Origin: Betaproteobacteria bacterium
GTDB taxonomy: Bacteria; Pseudomonadota; Gammaproteobacteria; Burkholderiales; SG8-39
DNA length: 64,000 nucleotides
Assembly (NCBI GenBank): GCA_947466535.1
Contig: CANIEV010000003.1
Location: 38-64,037, forward strand
Reading direction: 5' to 3'
Part shown: piece after piece, positions 60,488 to 64,000 of the stretch
Numbering within the stretch: position 1 is the stretch's first letter
Layout of the letters: every line of letters begins with the position of its first letter
Notes under the pieces: model-generated
Told to the model about the DNA's origin: nothing
Database searches by the model: none
Seen by the model: the letters and a program-made list of their open reading frames with translations, nothing else
Made by a program: the position numbers and the translations under genes

Positions 60488-62878
60488 TCACGCGGGCGCG
60501 TGCATCAGCCGCCAGAGCTTCTGCGGCGTCACCGGCATGTCCACGTGCTTCACGCCGAAATCGGCGAGCGCATTGACCACCGCGTTCACCAGCGCAGGCG
60601 GCGCGCCGATCGCGCCCGCCTCGCCACAGCCTTTCACGCCGAGCGGGTTGGTGGCGGTGGGGTAGTCGTTCACGGTCTCATCGACGAAGGACGGCATGTC
60701 ATCCGCCCGCGGCAGGCCGTAGTCCATGAACGAGCCGGTGGTGAGCTGGCCGGTGGCATCGTCGTAGATACAGTGCTCGTGGATCGCCTGGCCGAGGCCC
60801 TGCACGATGCCGCCGTGCACCTGGCCGCTGACCATCATCGGGTTGACGATGTTGCCGAAGTCATCCACCGAGACGAAGCTCGCCACATTCATCACGCCGG
60901 TGTCGCGGTCGATCTCGACTTCGCAGATATGGCAGCCGTTGGGAAAGGAAACGCCCGGCGGATCCCAGTAGCCGGTTTCGTCCAGCCCGGGTTCGAGTTC
61001 CTTGATCGGGTACTTCGACGGGAAAAACGCCACCTTGGCCACGTCTTCGATCGTGACACCCTTGTCGGTGCCCTTCACCTCGAAGCGACCTCGGCCGTCC
61101 TTGACCGAAAGCTCGATGTCCTCGGTGGCGCATTCGAGCAGGTGGGCGGCGATTTTCCGACCTTTTTCCACCACCTTGCCGAGTGCCACCTCCAGCGCCG
61201 CGCCGCCGGCGAGCAGCGAGCGCGCGCCGACCGTGCCGCGACCGTAGCCGATCTGGCGGGTGTCGCCGTGCAGCACCTCGACGTTTTTCACGTCGATACC
61301 GAGCCGGTCGGCGACGATCTGCGCGAGCGCGGTCTCCAGTCCCTGCCCGTGGGTGTGGGTGCCGGTGACAATCGTCGCGCCGCCGTCCTTGTTCATGCGC
61401 ACCTGCGCGGATTCGTAGGTCGGCACCTTCATGCCGCGGCCAAGCAGCATGTCCGAGGGGCCGATGCCGGTGTTGTCGATGTAGTAAGCCAAGCCGATGC
61501 CGCGCAGTTTGCCGCGGCTCTTCGACGCCTCGCGGCGCTTGTCGAAGCCTGCCCAGTCGGCACGCACAAGCGCCTTTTCGAACACCACCGGGAAATTGCC
61601 GCTGTCATACATACGGCCGGTGGGCGATTTGTAGGGTATCGCCGAGCCCGGGATCATGTTGCGGCGGCGGATCTCGACCGGCGAAATGCCGAGCTCACGC
61701 GCGGCGAGGTCCACCACGCGCTCGAGCATGTAGGCAGCCTCGGCGCGGCCCGGGCCGCGATAGGCGTCGGTGGGCATGGTATTGGTGAACACCATGCGGA
61801 TGCGTCCGGCGTACACCGGCGTGCGATAGGCGCCGATGATGAGCCCGGTCTGTCCGCCGATAGGGGGTCCGGCACCGAAGCTCGACACGTAGGCGCCCAT
61901 GTTGGCCAGGTCGTCCACGAAGATCGCAAGGAAATTGCCGTCGCGATCCAGCGCGAGTTCGATGGTCGTGAGGTGATCACGTGCCTGCGCATCCGAGAGG
62001 AAGAGCTCGCTGCGTTCGCACACCCACTTCACCGGCCGGCCGACGCGTTTCGCGGCCCAGACGAGCGCGATCTCCTCAGGGTAGTTCGGGCCCTTGACGC
62101 CGAAGCCGCCGCCGACGTCGTTGGATACCACCTGGACGTTGTCCTCGCGCACATGCAGCGTCTCGGCGAGCGCGCTGCGCAGCGGAAACGGTGTCTGGTG
62201 CGAGACATTCAGGAAATACTTCTGGTCGAGATCGTCGTAGCTCGCGGTCGCTGCGCGCGGTTCCATCGGGTTTACCGCAACGCGGTTGTTCACGTGCTGC
62301 AGCTTCACGCGGTGCGCGGCCGCGGCGAAGGCCTTCTCGGTCTCCGCGGCGTTGCCGTGGCGCATTTCGTAGCAGAGGTTGCCCGGCGCCTCGGGCCAGA
62401 GCTGCGTCGCACCGGGCGCGATGCTCGCGGTGAGTTCCACCGTCACCGGCAGGTCTTCGTAATCGACTACTACTGCTTCCGCGCCGTCCTTGGCGGCGTT
62501 CACCGACTCGGCGATCACGATCGCGACCGGCTCCCCGACATAAACCACGCGCCCGACGGAGAGCGCGAAACGCTGCGGCAGCGCCATCGACCGGCCATCG
62601 GGGTAGCGCACCACGAAATCGTGGCTGATCAGGCCCACGCCGTCGGCCCGGAGCTCTTCGCCGGTGAGCACCGCGATCACGCCTGGCACATCCAGCGCGG
62701 GCGCGATGTCGATGCTCTTCACGTTCGCGTGTGCGTGCGGCGAGCGCACGAATACCGCGTGCGCTTCGCCGTGGATACGGTGGTCGGACGAGTAGCGGCC
62801 GCGGCCGGTGAGAAAGCGCAAGTCCTCCTTGCGAAGAACCGATGCGCCAATGCCTTGTTTCGGGTTGGATTCGCTCAT
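60488..62878 (-). CDS. Xanthine dehydrogenase-family molybdopterin large subunit (form II CoxL-like)
   Basis: [43 protein letters not shown] and GVKGCGEAG motifs. Confidence 0.9.
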   Translation of the reverse strand: MSESNPKQGIGASVLRKEDLRFLTGRGRYSSDHRIHGEAHAVFVRSPHAHANVKSIDIAPALDVPGVIAVLTGEELRADGVGLISHDFVVRYPDGRSMALPQRFALSVGRVVYVGEPVAIVIAESVNAAKDGAEAVVVDYEDLPVTVELTASIAPGATQLWPEAPGNLCYEMRHGNAAETEKAFAAAAHRVKLQHVNNRVAVNPMEPRAATASYDDLDQKYFLNVSHQTPFPLRSALAETLHVREDNVQVVSNDVGGGFGVKGPNYPEEIALVWAAKRVGRPVKWVCERSELFLSDAQARDHLTTIELALDRDGNFLAIFVDDLANMGAYVSSFGAGPPIGGQTGLIIGAYRTPVYAGRIRMVFTNTMPTDAYRGPGRAEAAYMLERVVDLAARELGISPVEIRRRNMIPGSAIPYKSPTGRMYDSGNFPVVFEKALVRADWAGFDKRREASKSRGKLRGIGLAYYIDNTGIGPSDMLLGRGMKVPTYESAQVRMNKDGGATIVTGTHTHGQGLETALAQIVADRLGIDVKNVEVLHGDTRQIGYGRGTVGARSLLAGGAALEVALGKVVEKGRKIAAHLLECATEDIELSVKDGRGRFEVKGTDKGVTIEDVAKVAFFPSKYPIKELEPGLDETGYWDPPGVSFPNGCHICEVEIDRDTGVMNVASFVSVDDFGNIVNPMMVSGQVHGGIVQGLGQAIHEHCIYDDATGQLTTGSFMDYGLPRADDMPSFVDETVNDYPTATNPLGVKGCGEAGAIGAPPALVNAVVNALADFGVKHVDMPVTPQKLWRLMHAPA

Positions 62879-63181
62879 GTTGCCTCTGCGGGGGTATGTA
62901 GCGATGAACGGAAAGCGGCGGGGACGGCTTGTTTTGTGATGCGCGCAGCCAGCCGGCAATGTACTGCATGATGCGCGCAACGTGAATGCCGGTGCCGAAA
63001 AATCGCGCCATGCATGTTGCTCCTCAATCAATATGAGGCTTCGCCGGCAGTATCCGTGTGAGATACATATCGCGCTTCTTGTGCGCTGCCGCAGTCGTGT
63101 CCACATTCGCGGCAGTTTTTCCGGACGGCCGGACGACAAAAAACGAGCACGGCCGCCAGCTTCACCGAGGAGGAGTTCATC

Positions 63182-64000
63182 GTGATCCGCAGGCACCCGC
63201 TTCGTCCGCTATCCGTCTTGGCCGCGGCAGCAGCGCTTTTAGGCGCGTATCTTTCTGCGTCGCCCGCAATGGCGCAGACGACCTACCCGTCGCGGGTGAT
63301 CCGCATCATCGTACCCGCGGGTCCGGGCGGTCCCACCGACCTGGTGGCGCGGCCGTTTGCGGAAAAACTGTCTGCCGCGCTCGGTCAGCCGGCGGTGATA
63401 GAGAACCGCGCCGGCGCGGGCGGCAATATCGGTACCGAGGCGGTGGCGCGGGCAGAGCCTGACGGCCATACCCTGCTGCTCACGCCCTTCGGCCCGCTTG
63501 CGCTGAGCGAACATCTCTACGGAAAGATTCCGTTCGATCCGGAGAAGGATCTTGCGCCGATCAGCCTGCTTGCGACGGTGCCCGGTCTGCTGTTGATTTC
63601 CGCCACTGTGCCGGCGAACAATCTGCAGGAACTGATCGCGCTCGCCCGAGCCCAGCCGGGCAAACTCAATTACGCCACCTCGGGCTACGGAACCGGACCG
63701 CACCTCGCGGCGGAAATGTTTCGCCAGCGCACCGGGGTGGACATCGTTCATGTGCCCTACAAGAGCGGAGGTCAGGTCTACCCCGCCCTCATCACCGGCG
63801 AGGCACAGCTTTATTTCGACGGCGCAAACGGCCTGCCTTATGCGAAGGGCGGCAAGATCAAGGCGATCGCGATGCTCACCGCCGCGCGCGTGAGTTCGGC
63901 CCCCGAGATTCCCACCACTGCCGAAGGCGGCGCGGACGGCGTGCTGCACGAGGGCTGGTACTCGCTGCTCGCGCCCGCAGCGACGCCGCGTGCGGTGATC
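63182..64000 (+). CDS. Bug/TctC receptor, 5' part (runs off the window edge)
   Basis: GGAGGAG RBS and GTG start; manual translation gives a signal peptide then YPSRVIRIIVPAGPGGPTD, ENRAGAGG and HVPYKS. Confidence 0.9.
   Translation, partial: MIRRHPLRPLSVLAAAAALLGAYLSASPAMAQTTYPSRVIRIIVPAGPGGPTDLVARPFAEKLSAALGQPAVIENRAGAGGNIGTEAVARAEPDGHTLLLTPFGPLALSEHLYGKIPFDPEKDLAPISLLATVPGLLLISATVPANNLQELIALARAQPGKLNYATSGYGTGPHLAAEMFRQRTGVDIVHVPYKSGGQVYPALITGEAQLYFDGANGLPYAKGGKIKAIAMLTAARVSSAPEIPTTAEGGADGVLHEGWYSLLAPAATPRAVI

Noticed and set aside
60284-62971. Long antisense ORFs (895 aa here; also 55500-57347, 53042-54649, 41352-42851 and 42574-43944)
   Set aside because: They have no recognisable motifs and are the expected stop-poor mirror frames of high-GC genes.

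Overview
This is the replication-origin region of a GC-rich betaproteobacterial chromosome, followed by a long accessory catabolic region. Bases 1-29140 carry the conserved core: rsmB (partial)-fmt-def, lysM-dprA-smg-topB, gyrB-dnaN-dnaA (no recF), rpmH-rnpA-yidD-yidC-mnmE and mnmG-rsmG-parA-parB. This core includes DnaA boxes and DnaA-trio-like repeats between dnaA and dnaN, and two parS sites upstream of mnmG. A GntR/FAH-hydrolase/TRAP/epimerase module and GTP-PEPCK sit between mnmE and mnmG. From 29169 to the end are aromatic and xenobiotic catabolism genes: a NagGH-like Rieske operon, three MetE-fold zinc proteins, five orphan Bug/TctC receptors, two methyltransferases with signal peptides, an IclR module (sulfatase, flavin monooxygenase, VanA-like oxygenase), and a CoA-ligase/MaoC/PaaI/molybdoenzyme operon. 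The intergenic spaces hold several small palindromic repeats. There are two best candidates for undescribed biology. The first is an HTH-citrate-synthase fusion that has lost all three catalytic residues but kept the carboxylate-binding ones, and that sits divergent to the Rieske operon across a palindromic site, so it looks like a pseudoenzyme transcription factor. The second is an IclR regulon defined by three copies of a 17-bp palindrome and bracketed by a degenerate 76-bp direct repeat. No tRNA, rRNA, CRISPR array, integrase or transposase was recognised. All calls come from reading motifs by eye; no database searches were run.
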